A DNA stretch of 64,000 nt from Clostridium sp. CAG:354_28_25 (GCA_001915925.1 MNRL01000019.1:12448-76447); one strand, 5' to 3'; counted from the first letter of the stretch, positions 11,473-22,193 are shown. Numbers and translations are program-made. The notes: a model not told the origin generated them from the letters alone.

Positions 11473-12141
11473 ATGGAAAAAATAAGTAATATAGAAAGAA
11501 GAAATAATTCAAATAAAAAAATAAAACAATTAGGAATAGCTTGTCTTGAAACTTTACCAGTAATAGAAGATAGTACACAAGTAAGCCTAAAAGATATAGA
11601 TACAATCTGTAAAAGAGCTATAGCTTGTTTAATATCCACTCAATTAGCTATAGATATATCTGAAAACAATGATTATGATAGTTCTAAGACTTTTTTTCTA
11701 AATATGTTAAAACAATATGGCGTTCAAGATAATTTAATAGAAAAAGAAAAAAGAATATTTAATGGAAAATATAGTAAACAAGACGTAATTGATGTTGTAT
11801 GGTCTTACGAGGCTTATTGGTCATTAGTTTGGACATTAGGGTTAGTAGAGAATATCGATTATCCAAACCAGATTTGCGATTGTGAAAAAGCAATTATGCT
11901 AGTTAGCACTTGTAAAACATATGACGATTTTAAATGTAAATGTAAAATAAGAGATATAGAAGAAATTTTAGATATGTTAGATTTATATTATCGTTATGAT
12001 TGGGCTGTAACTGAAAAAAGAATTAATCCAGATACACTTATAGCAGATTTAAATCCAGATGTAGTTGTTGAACGCAGAAAAGGACTTGAATGGTTAATAG
12101 CAAACGAAGAAGATTGGGACGAAATTTCTTTAGATACATAG
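11473..12141 (+). CDS. Hypothetical protein
   Basis: 222-aa ORF with coding-like composition. Confidence 0.5.
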   Translation: MEKISNIERRNNSNKKIKQLGIACLETLPVIEDSTQVSLKDIDTICKRAIACLISTQLAIDISENNDYDSSKTFFLNMLKQYGVQDNLIEKEKRIFNGKYSKQDVIDVVWSYEAYWSLVWTLGLVENIDYPNQICDCEKAIMLVSTCKTYDDFKCKCKIRDIEEILDMLDLYYRYDWAVTEKRINPDTLIADLNPDVVVERRKGLEWLIANEEDWDEISLDT

Positions 12142-12201
12142 TATTGAATTAACAGATACATATGATATAATCAATCTATCAAAAAATGGGAGGTTGAAGG
12201 A

Positions 12202-12405
12202 ATGAACGAATACAAATTTATTCCAACACCAGTATTCCGGGATCCAATTTTAAGATATCTTATTTTCTTTAAAGGTAAGATTTTACCTATTGGATATTTG
12301 GTGGAAGATATTGGTGGAGTTGAAGTGATAGTTTTCAAAAAAGAAAACTTGGCTTTAACAGATGATATTTTTAAGAAATATCTCGAAAGAAGTAGCACAG
12401 TTTAG
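12202..12405 (+). CDS. Hypothetical small protein (67 aa)
   Basis: RBS GGGAGG upstream; hairpin after stop. Confidence 0.4.
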   Translation: MNEYKFIPTPVFRDPILRYLIFFKGKILPIGYLVEDIGGVEVIVFKKENLALTDDIFKKYLERSSTV

Positions 12406-12487
12406 GCTGTGCTACAGCCATTTATAAAAATATTTAAAAAATAAAATAAATATGGTATAATGTACAAAAAATAAGAAAAGGAGAATT

Positions 12488-13345
12488 ATGCAAGGAAAAA
12501 TAATAAGTAATATATCAAATTTATATTATATCGAAGCAAATGAAAAAATGTATACTTGTAATGCAAGAGGTAAATTAAAAGATGAAGGAATAGTTGTTGG
12601 AGATATAGTAGATTTTGATGAGAATGAGAATATAATAGAAAAAATAGAAGAAAGGGATAATTATATTAAAAGACCTAAAATTTCAAATATAACCCAAATA
12701 GTGTGTGTGTTATCCGCGAAAAATCCAAAACCAGATTTATTAATGCTAGATAAACAACTAGCATATGCCGAATATGTTGGTATAAAGGCTGCAATTGTAA
12801 TTAATAAAATAGACTTAGACAAGGAAAAGGTAGAAGAGATAAAAGAAATTTATAAAAATATAGGTTATCCAATGGTAGAGACAAATGCAAAAGAAAAAGA
12901 GGGAATAGCTAGCCTAAATAAGATTTTAGAAAACAATATAAGTGTATTTGCTGGAAATTCAGGAGTCGGAAAATCTACTTTATTAAATAGCATTTTTGGA
13001 AAAGAATTAACCAAAGCTGGACTAATAAGTGATAAAAATAAAAAAGGTAAAAATACTACAACAAATATTGCATTATATAAAATTAAAGAAAATGAATATA
13101 TTGCAGATACACCAGGTTTTTCAACCTTTGATATTTCTGAAATCGAATCCGATAAATTAGCAGAATATTTTAAAGAATTTAAGCAATATATAAAAGATTG
13201 TGAGTATATAGGGTGTAGACATATTAAAGAAGAAAACTGTGGAATAAAAAATGCATTGCAAAAAGGAGAAATAACAGAAAGTAGATATCAAAATTTCATA
13301 AAAATATATGAGAATTTAAAAGATAAGGAGGAACACAAATGGTAG
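12488..13345 (+). CDS. rsgA: Ribosome small-subunit-dependent GTPase A
   Basis: GNSGVGKSTLLN P-loop, C-terminal Cys/His zinc motif CRH..C; followed by rpe. Confidence 0.9.
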   Translation: MQGKIISNISNLYYIEANEKMYTCNARGKLKDEGIVVGDIVDFDENENIIEKIEERDNYIKRPKISNITQIVCVLSAKNPKPDLLMLDKQLAYAEYVGIKAAIVINKIDLDKEKVEEIKEIYKNIGYPMVETNAKEKEGIASLNKILENNISVFAGNSGVGKSTLLNSIFGKELTKAGLISDKNKKGKNTTTNIALYKIKENEYIADTPGFSTFDISEIESDKLAEYFKEFKQYIKDCEYIGCRHIKEENCGIKNALQKGEITESRYQNFIKIYENLKDKEEHKW

Positions 13346-13998
13346 AGATTTCAGCATCAATATTAGATGCAAAGGAAGATGAAGCAGCAAAAATATTTTA
13401 TAATTTAGAGGTAGCAAAGATAGATTATTTCCATATAGATGTTATGGATGGAAAATTTGTAGAAAAAAATACTGTAGATAAAATGAATCAGTATTCAAAT
13501 ATATTAAAGCAAATTACTACATTACCATTGGATGTTCATTTAATGGTAGAAGATGTAGAAACATATATAAAATTATACAGTGCAATTGAGCCAAATATGA
13601 TAACTTTTCATTTAGAGGCAATTAAAGATAAAGAAAAAATCTACGAAATGATTAAATTAGTAAAAGACAACAATTGTAAAGTTGGTATTGCCATTAAACC
13701 TAATACAGAAGTAAAGGAAATATATGAATTTTTACCATATATAAATACAGTATTAGTGATGACAGTAGAACCAGGTAAAGGTGGACAAGCTTTAATTCCA
13801 GAGACTTTAAGAAAAATTAGAATATTAAAAGAATACTTAAATCAACATAATTTAGATACATATATTGAAGCTGATGGTGGTATAAATCTTGATACAATAG
13901 ATGAAGTAAAAGAGTCTGGAGTAGATATAGCCGTTGTCGGAAATGGAATATTAAAGACCGAAAATTATAGAACAACTGTAAGTAAATTAAAAAACTAA
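13339..13998 (+). CDS. rpe: Ribulose-phosphate 3-epimerase
   Basis: 219 aa; HIDVMDG..HLMV..EADGG motifs. Confidence 0.9.
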   Translation: MVEISASILDAKEDEAAKIFYNLEVAKIDYFHIDVMDGKFVEKNTVDKMNQYSNILKQITTLPLDVHLMVEDVETYIKLYSAIEPNMITFHLEAIKDKEKIYEMIKLVKDNNCKVGIAIKPNTEVKEIYEFLPYINTVLVMTVEPGKGGQALIPETLRKIRILKEYLNQHNLDTYIEADGGINLDTIDEVKESGVDIAVVGNGILKTENYRTTVSKLKN

Positions 13999-14014
13999 GC
14001 TTATATAAATAGAG

Positions 14015-14045
14015 AAACGTAGCAATTAATTTGCTACGTTTTCTT
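14015..14045. terminator. Bidirectional terminator between rpe(+) and the 14026..15207(-) gene (AAACGTAGCAA/TTGCTACGTTT)
   Basis: 11-bp perfect stem, T-run on + strand. Confidence 0.7.
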
Positions 14046-15207
14046 CACCTTTTACTTCTTTATGTTTATGTCCATTAAAAAATAAATTATAAATAATAAT
14101 TCCAAATCCTAAAATAGAAATAAATATTGTTACTACAATTCCTACAAAAGGTATCATTTTTAAAGCACCGATTACAACTGCAATTAATATTGCTAGTAAA
14201 TATTCTAATGGCATTTTAGAGAATTTTTTGTTATTATAAATTCTTCTAGCTAAAATTGATGCAAATATGTATGGAGAAATTCCAATCATAAATACATATA
14301 ACATTAGCAATAATAATCCAGCACTAAATCCTATTTGTGCGGTAATAAGTATAATAGATAAAATAGGAATAGCAATTAAAGCAATTAGGCCAGCTAAAAA
14401 TACTTTTCCAAATTTGTGTGATAAACAAGAAGAAGCTTTTTCTAAACTGCTCTCTAAGAAGAATCTATAAAGTAGATATACTAAACTTGCTGCAAATATA
14501 CTATTTACAATATTTATAACTATGCTCCAAATTGTAGTTCTTGCATTTGATGAGGTTGATGTAGTTAAATGAGTAATTTCTCCACCAACTGCTCCGCTAG
14601 GAAATTCTACTTCATTTTCAGAAACATATGTTAGTTTACCAGTAATAGAACCTTGTACAGAATCTGTAGAGATAATAAATTCTGGTGCATATACATATGC
14701 ATTTCTTCCTACAGCACCTTGAAGAGACAATTTTGAACTCATTACATATAAATCTCTAAAAGGACCATAGCCTTCAGGTATGTTAAGTTCATTACAAACA
14801 GCATATAGTGAAGTTGCTGAAGTATTAAAGTCTATTTTATCCGCTACTATATAAGCGTTTGAATTTATGTAAGAGTGTTCACCAAAAGTAACATTACTTG
14901 CGCAAACAAATAGATCTCCATCAACTTCTCCATTTATTGTAACATTCTTTCCAAAGATATAAACATTTCCATCAACGATTTGATTCATATTAATATCATT
15001 TCCATATAAATATAAATCATCATCGACTACTGTAGTTGTATTTTCAGAAGAATCTACTGCATATGGTGTTGCTGTTACATCTTCTTGTGTTTCATTTGTA
15101 TCTGCAAAACATGTAGTGCTAATTGATAATATAATAACTAGAAACAAAGTTATTATAAAGTTTTTTAATTTTTTCATTGGTATACCTCCTAAAATTACTT
15201 TAATCAA
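14026..15207 (-). CDS. Membrane protein with N-terminal signal/TM, beta-helix-like repeat region and C-terminal polytopic domain
   Basis: Repetitive G-x-V/I-x-G-D segments then 4-5 hydrophobic helices; family not recognised. Confidence 0.5.
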   Translation of the reverse strand: MIKVILGGIPMKKLKNFIITLFLVIILSISTTCFADTNETQEDVTATPYAVDSSENTTTVVDDDLYLYGNDINMNQIVDGNVYIFGKNVTINGEVDGDLFVCASNVTFGEHSYINSNAYIVADKIDFNTSATSLYAVCNELNIPEGYGPFRDLYVMSSKLSLQGAVGRNAYVYAPEFIISTDSVQGSITGKLTYVSENEVEFPSGAVGGEITHLTTSTSSNARTTIWSIVINIVNSIFAASLVYLLYRFFLESSLEKASSCLSHKFGKVFLAGLIALIAIPILSIILITAQIGFSAGLLLLMLYVFMIGISPYIFASILARRIYNNKKFSKMPLEYLLAILIAVVIGALKMIPFVGIVVTIFISILGFGIIIYNLFFNGHKHKEVKGEENVAN

Positions 15208-15242
15208 AATATATATTATGAGTTTTGGTTTGTCAATACAAA

Positions 15243-15884
15243 TTAAATTTTGTGTTCTGATTTATATTTTTTACAGAACTGTTTAATTGTACAAGTGTCA
15301 CAATTTGGTTTTCTTGCCATACAAGTATTCCTACCATGCCATACAAAAAGATGGTTAATATCTTTTAAATATTCTTTAGGAAATATTTTTAATAAATCTT
15401 GTTCGATTTTTGTCGGTTCCTTTTCATTTGAAAGTCCTATCCTATTAGAGATTCTTTTGGCATGTGTATCTACAGCAATACCATTTGCAATACCAAAAGC
15501 TTCTAATAATATTACATTAGCACTTTTTCTACCAACACCTGGAAGAGTTATAAGTTCTTCCATAGTATTAGGAACAATTCCATTAAAATCATTCAGAATT
15601 TTATTAGCACATGCACGTGCATTTTTAGCTTTATTTTTGTAAAATCCACAAGGATGAATTATCTCTTCTAATTCGTGTATATCACAATTGGCAAAAGCTT
15701 CAATTGTTGGATATTTTTTAAACAATGCTGGTGTAGTTAAATTAACTCTTTCATCTGTACATTGTGCTGATAACATTACAGCAATTACTATTTGAAAAGG
15801 TGTTTTAAAATCCAAACTACAAGTTGCATCAGGATATGTATTTTTTAAAATTTGTACTAATTCTATAGCATCTTTTTTTCTCAT
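15243..15884 (-). CDS. nth: Endonuclease III (DNA glycosylase/AP lyase)
   Basis: HhH-GPD (LPGVGRKSANVIL) and C-terminal 4Fe-4S C-x6-C-x2-C-x5-C cluster. Confidence 0.9.
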   Translation of the reverse strand: MRKKDAIELVQILKNTYPDATCSLDFKTPFQIVIAVMLSAQCTDERVNLTTPALFKKYPTIEAFANCDIHELEEIIHPCGFYKNKAKNARACANKILNDFNGIVPNTMEELITLPGVGRKSANVILLEAFGIANGIAVDTHAKRISNRIGLSNEKEPTKIEQDLLKIFPKEYLKDINHLFVWHGRNTCMARKPNCDTCTIKQFCKKYKSEHKI

Positions 15885-15992
15885 AATTACCCTCCTTTAC
15901 GACAAATTATATCATAATTATTTATCAACATAAAGTAATCACATGAATAATTATTTTTTCATATTATATATAAAAAAAGGAGGTAATACTTT

Positions 15993-16142
15993 ATGTGTAA
16001 AATATTGAAAAAGACTTTGGCTGTAATATTAATAGGTTTAGGAATTGGAATATTATTAGTATTATTACTTCCTTTTGCGGGATGGCTTTTTGTAATAGGT
16101 GTTGCAATTATTATAGTTGGAATTATATGGCTTTCTAATTAA
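15993..16142 (+). CDS. Small hydrophobic peptide (49 aa, two predicted TM helices)
   Basis: Strong RBS AAAGGAGG 8 nt upstream; MCKILKKTLAVILIGLGIGILLVLLLPFAGWLFVIGVAIIIVGIIWLSN. Confidence 0.4.
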   Translation: MCKILKKTLAVILIGLGIGILLVLLLPFAGWLFVIGVAIIIVGIIWLSN

Positions 16143-16184
16143 CAACTATAAATATAGAAAACAATTGAAAAGGAGGAGATAGGA

Positions 16185-16259
16185 ATGACGATTGTTGTAA
16201 AGAAAGTTCCAAAATTTTTAAGAGGATTTGTAAAATTGATATTTAGGATTAAGGATTAA
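16185..16259 (+). CDS. Small basic peptide (24 aa)
   Basis: Strong RBS AAGGAGGAG; followed by hairpin 16266-16295. Confidence 0.3.
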   Translation: MTIVVKKVPKFLRGFVKLIFRIKD

Positions 16260-16320
16260 TACATAAAAATATCGCCAGATTGCTCTGACGATATTTTTAA
16301 TATTGGTAATATATATCATG

Positions 16321-16346
16321 AAAAAAGGGTTATTTTATAATAACCC
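16321..16346 (-). terminator. Rho-independent terminator of rpmB (GGGTTATT-ATAA-AATAACCC + T6 on minus strand)
   Basis: Direct reading. Confidence 0.75.
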
Positions 16347-16362
16347 ACAAATAGTATATAAA

Positions 16363-16560
16363 CTAAGCTCTTTTAACTTTTCCAGAACGTAAACATTTTG
16401 CACATACTTTAATTTTCTTTGGTTGACCATCTACTATAGTTTTTACAGTTCTTAAATTGGGTTTCCAAGTTCTTGAAGCTCTATTACTAACGTGAGAACG
16501 TGTTATGCTAAGTTTGTTTCCATGAGATAATGTTTTTTCACAAATTGCACATTTTGCCAT
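16363..16560 (-). CDS. rpmB: 50S ribosomal protein L28
   Basis: 65 aa MAKCAICEKT..; conserved position upstream of recG. Confidence 0.9.
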   Translation of the reverse strand: MAKCAICEKTLSHGNKLSITRSHVSNRASRTWKPNLRTVKTIVDGQPKKIKVCAKCLRSGKVKRA

Positions 16561-16692
16561 GATTTATTGCACCTCCTATTAAGATAATAAATTGACTGTT
16601 TATAATCTTACCATATAATAACAAAAAAAACAAGACTTTTTATAAAAAATAGTATATAATATACAAAATTATACTTCAATTAGGAGGTAAAA

Positions 16693-18744
16693 ATGGCTGA
16701 GTTAAGCAAAGAAGTACAATATATAAAAGGTGTTGGTCCTAATAGGGTAAAGCTTCTAAATAATCTAAATATTTTTACTTTAAAAGATTTAATTACATAC
16801 TATCCAAGAGATTATGAAGATAGAAGTAAACCTGTAAAGATAGAAGATTTAGTAGATGGTGAGGAAGCTCTAATTGCAGCGATACCAGTTGCTAGGATGA
16901 ATGAAACAAGAATAAGAAATAGGAAAATGGTTATATATAAACTTATAGTAGAAGATGAAACAGGAAGATGTTTAATTACATGGTATAACCAAAGCTATTT
17001 AAAGAATAAATTTAAGGTTGGAGAAATTTATCACTTTTTTGGTAAAGTAAAAAGAATTCAAAATAGGATAGAAATGGTATCACCTGTTTTTGACGAAGAA
17101 ACTAAAAATAAAAATACAGGAAAAATAATACCTATATATCCACTAACATACAATTTATCTCAAAATGTGTTAAGAGGAATAATAGAAAATGCAATTACAT
17201 TAGTTAATAATTCATTACCAGAAACATTACCAAAATACATTTTAGATGAATATAAATTGTTAGGAATAAATGAGTCTATCCATAAAATACACTTTCCAGA
17301 GAATTTTGATGAATTTGAAAAGGCAAGAAAAAGGCTAGTATTTGAAGAGTTATTGGGCATGCAACTTGCTCTATTAAATTTGAAGAACAAATATGAAGCA
17401 GATACTAATGGTATTCAGTTTGATAAAAATGTAAAGATGTCAGACGTAATTAATGCTCTTCCATTTAAATTAACTAAAGCTCAATTAAGAGTTTTAGAGG
17501 AAATAGATAAAGATATGGAAAGCAATAAAAATATGAATAGATTATTGCAAGGCGATGTTGGTTCTGGAAAAACAGCAGTTTCAATTATCGCATCATATAA
17601 AGCTGTTAAATGTGGTTACCAAGTAGCAATTATGGCGCCAACAGCAATTCTCGCAAGTCAACATTTGGAGAGCTTTAAAGAGATACTAGACCAGTTTGGA
17701 ATTAGATGTGAACTTTTGATATCGAGTATAACTAAAAAGAAAAAGGAAGAGATTTTAGAAAGATTAAGAAATGGTGAAATAGATATATTAATAGGTACAC
17801 ATGCATTATTAGAAGAAAATGTAGTATTTAAAAATTTGGGTTTTGTAGTAACAGACGAGCAACATAGATTTGGTGTAAAGCAACGTACTACAATAGTAGA
17901 AAAGGGTCAAAATCCAGATGTATTAGTTATGACAGCAACTCCTATTCCAAGAACATTAGCTTTAATTTTATATGGTGATTTGGATATATCTATAATTGAT
18001 GAATTACCTCCAAACAGAAAGAAAATTGATACTTTTGCAGTTACAAAAGGAATGGAAGAAAGGGTAAACAACTTTATAAAAAAACAAGTTGATGAAGGTA
18101 GACAAGCATATATTGTATGTCCATTAGTAGAAGAAAATGAAGAAATGAATTTAAAATCTGTAACAGCTTTGGCAGAAAAATATAAAAATGAAGTGTTTAA
18201 AGATTACAGAGTAGAATATTTGCATGGAAAAATGAAAAATAAAGAAAAAGACGAAATTATGGAAAAATTTAAGAATGGAGATATTGATATACTTATTTCT
18301 ACTACGGTAATCGAGGTTGGTGTAAATGTTCCTAATGCAAGTTTAATGGTTGTTGAAAATGCCGAAAGATTTGGCTTAGCACAATTACATCAGTTAAGAG
18401 GAAGAGTTGGAAGAGGCGAATACCAGTCTTATTGTATTTTAAAATACCAAGGAAATTCTGATGTTATTAGAAAAAGAATGAAAGTAATGACAGATACAAA
18501 TGATGGATTTATAATTTCGGAAAAAGACTTAGAACTTCGTGGTAGTGGAGAATTTTTTGGAACAAGACAACATGGTCTTCCAGAATTTAAGATTGCAAAT
18601 CTGTTTGAAGATATGCCTGTGCTAAAACAAGTTCAAGCATTAGCTATAAAAATAACAGAAGAAGATCCTAAATTAGAGTTAGAAAAAAATAAAGAATTAC
18701 GATTATTAATAGAAGAGAAATTTAAAAACAGAGTAGAGATATAG
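16693..18744 (+). CDS. recG: ATP-dependent DNA helicase RecG
   Basis: 683 aa; DVGSGKT, DEQHRFG, QLRGRVGRG helicase motifs. Confidence 0.95.
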   Translation: MAELSKEVQYIKGVGPNRVKLLNNLNIFTLKDLITYYPRDYEDRSKPVKIEDLVDGEEALIAAIPVARMNETRIRNRKMVIYKLIVEDETGRCLITWYNQSYLKNKFKVGEIYHFFGKVKRIQNRIEMVSPVFDEETKNKNTGKIIPIYPLTYNLSQNVLRGIIENAITLVNNSLPETLPKYILDEYKLLGINESIHKIHFPENFDEFEKARKRLVFEELLGMQLALLNLKNKYEADTNGIQFDKNVKMSDVINALPFKLTKAQLRVLEEIDKDMESNKNMNRLLQGDVGSGKTAVSIIASYKAVKCGYQVAIMAPTAILASQHLESFKEILDQFGIRCELLISSITKKKKEEILERLRNGEIDILIGTHALLEENVVFKNLGFVVTDEQHRFGVKQRTTIVEKGQNPDVLVMTATPIPRTLALILYGDLDISIIDELPPNRKKIDTFAVTKGMEERVNNFIKKQVDEGRQAYIVCPLVEENEEMNLKSVTALAEKYKNEVFKDYRVEYLHGKMKNKEKDEIMEKFKNGDIDILISTTVIEVGVNVPNASLMVVENAERFGLAQLHQLRGRVGRGEYQSYCILKYQGNSDVIRKRMKVMTDTNDGFIISEKDLELRGSGEFFGTRQHGLPEFKIANLFEDMPVLKQVQALAIKITEEDPKLELEKNKELRLLIEEKFKNRVEI

Positions 18745-18936
18745 TTAATTTGACTAGCCCGTATTAGTTTGATATAGGGCTAATTTAAGTATAGTAGTGT
18801 AGTATAGATACCGTGTAGCAATAAAAGAAGTACTACATTTACAATATTATGTAAATATGATATAATATAAAATGGAACCAAAAATTTATACATTCCCAAT
18901 ATATGGGAAATACAAAAGAAGGGAGCATATTTATTT

Positions 18937-19554
18937 ATGACAGAAAACACAAATGAAAAGGAATTAAAAGAGAAACGGAGCCGCTATTCAGATGTGGCTG
19001 TAATCTTACGTCAGTTGTATGGCGTAAGAATGACAGGAATGCCGGGTTATATATTATTGCAGGATGTACTGTATAAGTATCTGGAAAATAAAAACCTGAC
19101 AATCGATGAACTCGTTGAGTGGGCGTGTAAACACTTTGTGTTTACAATCTCAGTAGACGACGCATATGATGAAATTCTTCAGGTAGTGACACAGCAGCTA
19201 CCGGAAGCCGAGAACGGCGAGGAAGATGTAATGATGCTTCTTCCAAAAGTTTTGAGCGAAGCGACTGACTTGTATGAAAAACGTATGCTTTTCGGAAAAA
19301 TAACAGAAGCAGTGCATAAGCTGAAAATTTCTCCTATGATTAAACAGGATATAATTTCTATCCTGTTTGAAATCAAAAGAGGAAAAACAATCGATCAGGC
19401 ATTGGAAAAGCTGGCAAATGAGGATGTGGCAGGAGTTACTGAAGCGGAAAGACTAAAGGAAAAAGCAAAAAGAAAAAAAGAATTGCACAATATAATTTTA
19501 GTAGCTTTTTCTTCAGAGGTAGAATTGCTGGAGTTTGCTGAAACAATTGAGTAG
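18937..19554 (+). CDS. Hypothetical protein encoded in a visibly higher-GC islet
   Basis: Codon usage richer in G/C than neighbours; inverted repeat TTCCCAATATATGGGAA at 18892-18908 upstream. Confidence 0.5.
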   Translation: MTENTNEKELKEKRSRYSDVAVILRQLYGVRMTGMPGYILLQDVLYKYLENKNLTIDELVEWACKHFVFTISVDDAYDEILQVVTQQLPEAENGEEDVMMLLPKVLSEATDLYEKRMLFGKITEAVHKLKISPMIKQDIISILFEIKRGKTIDQALEKLANEDVAGVTEAERLKEKAKRKKELHNIILVAFSSEVELLEFAETIE

Positions 19555-19713
19555 CGACTAAAACTGCTAGGAGCCTACAGGATATGCTAAATATCTTGTG
19601 GGCTCTTGGTAATTTATGCAAAATATGAAGAATTAGATATTAATTTATTGACTTTTATAAAGAAAATAAATAAAATAAAGATATAGTGAAAAATATAAAA
19701 AAGGATGTAAAAA

Positions 19714-19911
19714 ATGGATGTAAAAATTATATTATCAATTGTAGGAGCATTAATATCATTAGCAGCTGTTGTTTTAATATATAATGCTCGAAAGATTGTA
19801 AGGGAAAGATTTAGTTTTGGGGACCAAAACAGTGGAACTTTAGCAGTAAAAACTATTGGAATGGTCTTATTTTGTGTAGGAATGTTAATAATATTTTTTA
19901 ATTTAACATAA
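19714..19911 (+). CDS. Small membrane protein (65 aa)
   Basis: Two hydrophobic helices. Confidence 0.4.
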   Translation: MDVKIILSIVGALISLAAVVLIYNARKIVRERFSFGDQNSGTLAVKTIGMVLFCVGMLIIFFNLT

Positions 19912-19932
19912 GAAACAAGGGGGAATTTACAA

Positions 19933-20412
19933 ATGAAACAATTAAGTTCAATGCTATCATTGCTTTTTGCAGGGCTATTTTGGGTATTTAGAGTAGTGCT
20001 TGCATATACAACTGCAACAGGAAAGGATTTAGGATTTCCAGTACAAGATTTTACAACAGAAGTAGTTTTACTATTCGTGGTTTTAATATTACTTGTATTT
20101 GTTTATAAGAGAAATTTAATAGCTGGAATAATTTATTTACTAGTGTATGCTGGTTATTTTGGACCACAATTGTTTAATGCAATCATGACTATTGCAACAG
20201 CTGATGCAGGAGTTGATATTTATACTTATGATACAATATTAGCATCTACAATAGGTATTGCAGTTGCACTATTTGCATGTTTAAATATTTTAGTAGATAA
20301 GAATAGATCAGCACATCCAACAGATAAGAAAACAGATTGGTTTTACAAAAATGAACAGTATGATAGAAAATTAGATGATAGAGCAGATAAAAACAATTAT
20401 AGAACTTTATAA
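19933..20412 (+). CDS. Membrane protein (159 aa)
   Basis: Four hydrophobic segments; RBS GGGGGAA. Confidence 0.5.
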   Translation: MKQLSSMLSLLFAGLFWVFRVVLAYTTATGKDLGFPVQDFTTEVVLLFVVLILLVFVYKRNLIAGIIYLLVYAGYFGPQLFNAIMTIATADAGVDIYTYDTILASTIGIAVALFACLNILVDKNRSAHPTDKKTDWFYKNEQYDRKLDDRADKNNYRTL

Positions 20413-20498
20413 TATATATGACTATTTATAAAGCAAATTTTTAAGGACAGACTAGTAAAAATGGTCTGTCTTTATTTATAATAAAAGGGGAATAAGTT

Positions 20499-21200
20499 AT
20501 GAAAAAGAAAAGAATAATAGAAATAATCTTAATAATATTACTATTTTGTGTGGTACTAATATTAGAAAGAATATTTTATCACATTCAAATTAATTCGATA
20601 AAGAGTAATCTGGATATTATAGAAGAATCATTAAGTGAAATTATAGATGAAGAAAATGATGGAGATGTTAGATATATAGATGAGGTTAAAACATATACAT
20701 ATGTAAATTTAAGAATAAATATGCCATTAAACTTAGTAGATTTAGAAAAATATTTTGAAGAGCCAATACAAAGTGACATGGATAAAAATGGTATAGGTGA
20801 AATAACTGGAGATGGAATGCCTTTAGATGACAATGGAATTCCATATGCAGCAGATATAGAAATTGAAGTAGAAAAATCGGAGATAGATGTATTAAAAAAT
20901 ATATTAAATTCGTATAAACTTCCAAGTGGTAGTTACTTAGAGATTGATGGGGAAGTTGTAGAAGAATATGGTGACTTAAATGTAGTAGAATTACAAGTAG
21001 ATAATCTAAGTAAAGAAAGAGCAGAAAAAGTATTTAATGATCTAAAAGAAAAGATGAAGGATAAGTATGTATATACTTCTGTATATAATTATAATTTTGG
21101 GAAGATTGATAAAATATATTTTTGTGGAGAGAATATGGAAGAAATGCAAGGAATAATAGATCAATATATAGAAGAAAATAATATCGAAAATATTATTTAG
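20499..21200 (+). CDS. Hypothetical protein with N-terminal TM anchor
   Basis: ORF; acidic extracytoplasmic region. Confidence 0.5.
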   Translation: MKKKRIIEIILIILLFCVVLILERIFYHIQINSIKSNLDIIEESLSEIIDEENDGDVRYIDEVKTYTYVNLRINMPLNLVDLEKYFEEPIQSDMDKNGIGEITGDGMPLDDNGIPYAADIEIEVEKSEIDVLKNILNSYKLPSGSYLEIDGEVVEEYGDLNVVELQVDNLSKERAEKVFNDLKEKMKDKYVYTSVYNYNFGKIDKIYFCGENMEEMQGIIDQYIEENNIENII

Positions 21201-21309
21201 TGTTAAAGCAGGCTATGTGTGAGATAGCTTGCTTTTTTATGTAAAATAGCATATAATATTGTCGCAAAAGAATGTCCAAACATTTAAATGATACTTTGCA
21301 ATAAGACAG

Positions 21310-21747
21310 GTGAAAGATATGATTAATATAAAAGAAAATATAAATAATATTGATGAATTTAACTATTTATATGATGCTGTAGGTTGGGGACATTATGATA
21401 AAGAAATATCTAAAAAATCACTTGAAAATACAGTATATTCAATTTCTATCTACGATAATAAAAAAATAATAGGATATGGCAGAATTATTGGAGATGGAAT
21501 TTGCTTTATATATGTCCATGATATAATGGTTGTACCAGAATATCAGGCTAAAAAGATAGGAACAACAATAATGAACAAGTTACTTGAAAAAGTAGAAAAA
21601 ATTAAAAATGAAAATCCGAATGTAAGAGTATACTTAGGAGCATCCAAAGATAAAGAAGAATTCTATAAGAAGTTTGGTTTTATAACAAGAAAAGATGCTG
21701 GCTTAGGGGCTGGAATGATTTTAAAAAGAGATGAAGATATTAAATAA
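21310..21747 (+). CDS. GNAT family N-acetyltransferase
   Basis: Acetyl-CoA-binding context VPEYQAKKIGTTIM. Confidence 0.65.
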   Translation: MKDMINIKENINNIDEFNYLYDAVGWGHYDKEISKKSLENTVYSISIYDNKKIIGYGRIIGDGICFIYVHDIMVVPEYQAKKIGTTIMNKLLEKVEKIKNENPNVRVYLGASKDKEEFYKKFGFITRKDAGLGAGMILKRDEDIK

Positions 21748-21765
21748 ATATTAAGAGGAGAAGAT

Positions 21766-22170
21766 ATGGATTATAGGTATGAAACAAATGATAAAGCCAG
21801 GGAATTCCATAAAAAAAGAACAGCATTTATAGTAATCAAAGATAAATTATATTATATCAGAAATAGTGAACAGTCTCATTGGGAATTTTGCAAAAAGAAA
21901 GGTGTTTCTAAAGAACAGTTTAACAAAATGACAAGAGGTTATTATATAGATGGAAATATAGTTTTTTATAAAGGAAATTTTACATATGATGAAGATCTTA
22001 TAAAAGATGGATTAAAATACATAATGAAAATAAAAGAAGATTGTAAGTTAGGTGAAATGCAAATATATTTTGGACTAAGAATTCCAAAAGAAAACGAACC
22101 TTGGGAATATGATTACTATTATGGAAAAATAACAGCTGATAATCAGATAATAAAAAACAATATAAAATAA
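21766..22170 (+). CDS. Hypothetical protein
   Basis: 134-aa ORF with RBS GAGGAGAAG. Confidence 0.45.
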   Translation: MDYRYETNDKAREFHKKRTAFIVIKDKLYYIRNSEQSHWEFCKKKGVSKEQFNKMTRGYYIDGNIVFYKGNFTYDEDLIKDGLKYIMKIKEDCKLGEMQIYFGLRIPKENEPWEYDYYYGKITADNQIIKNNIK

Positions 22171-22193
22171 AAAACAAGGAGAAGTAATATCTT

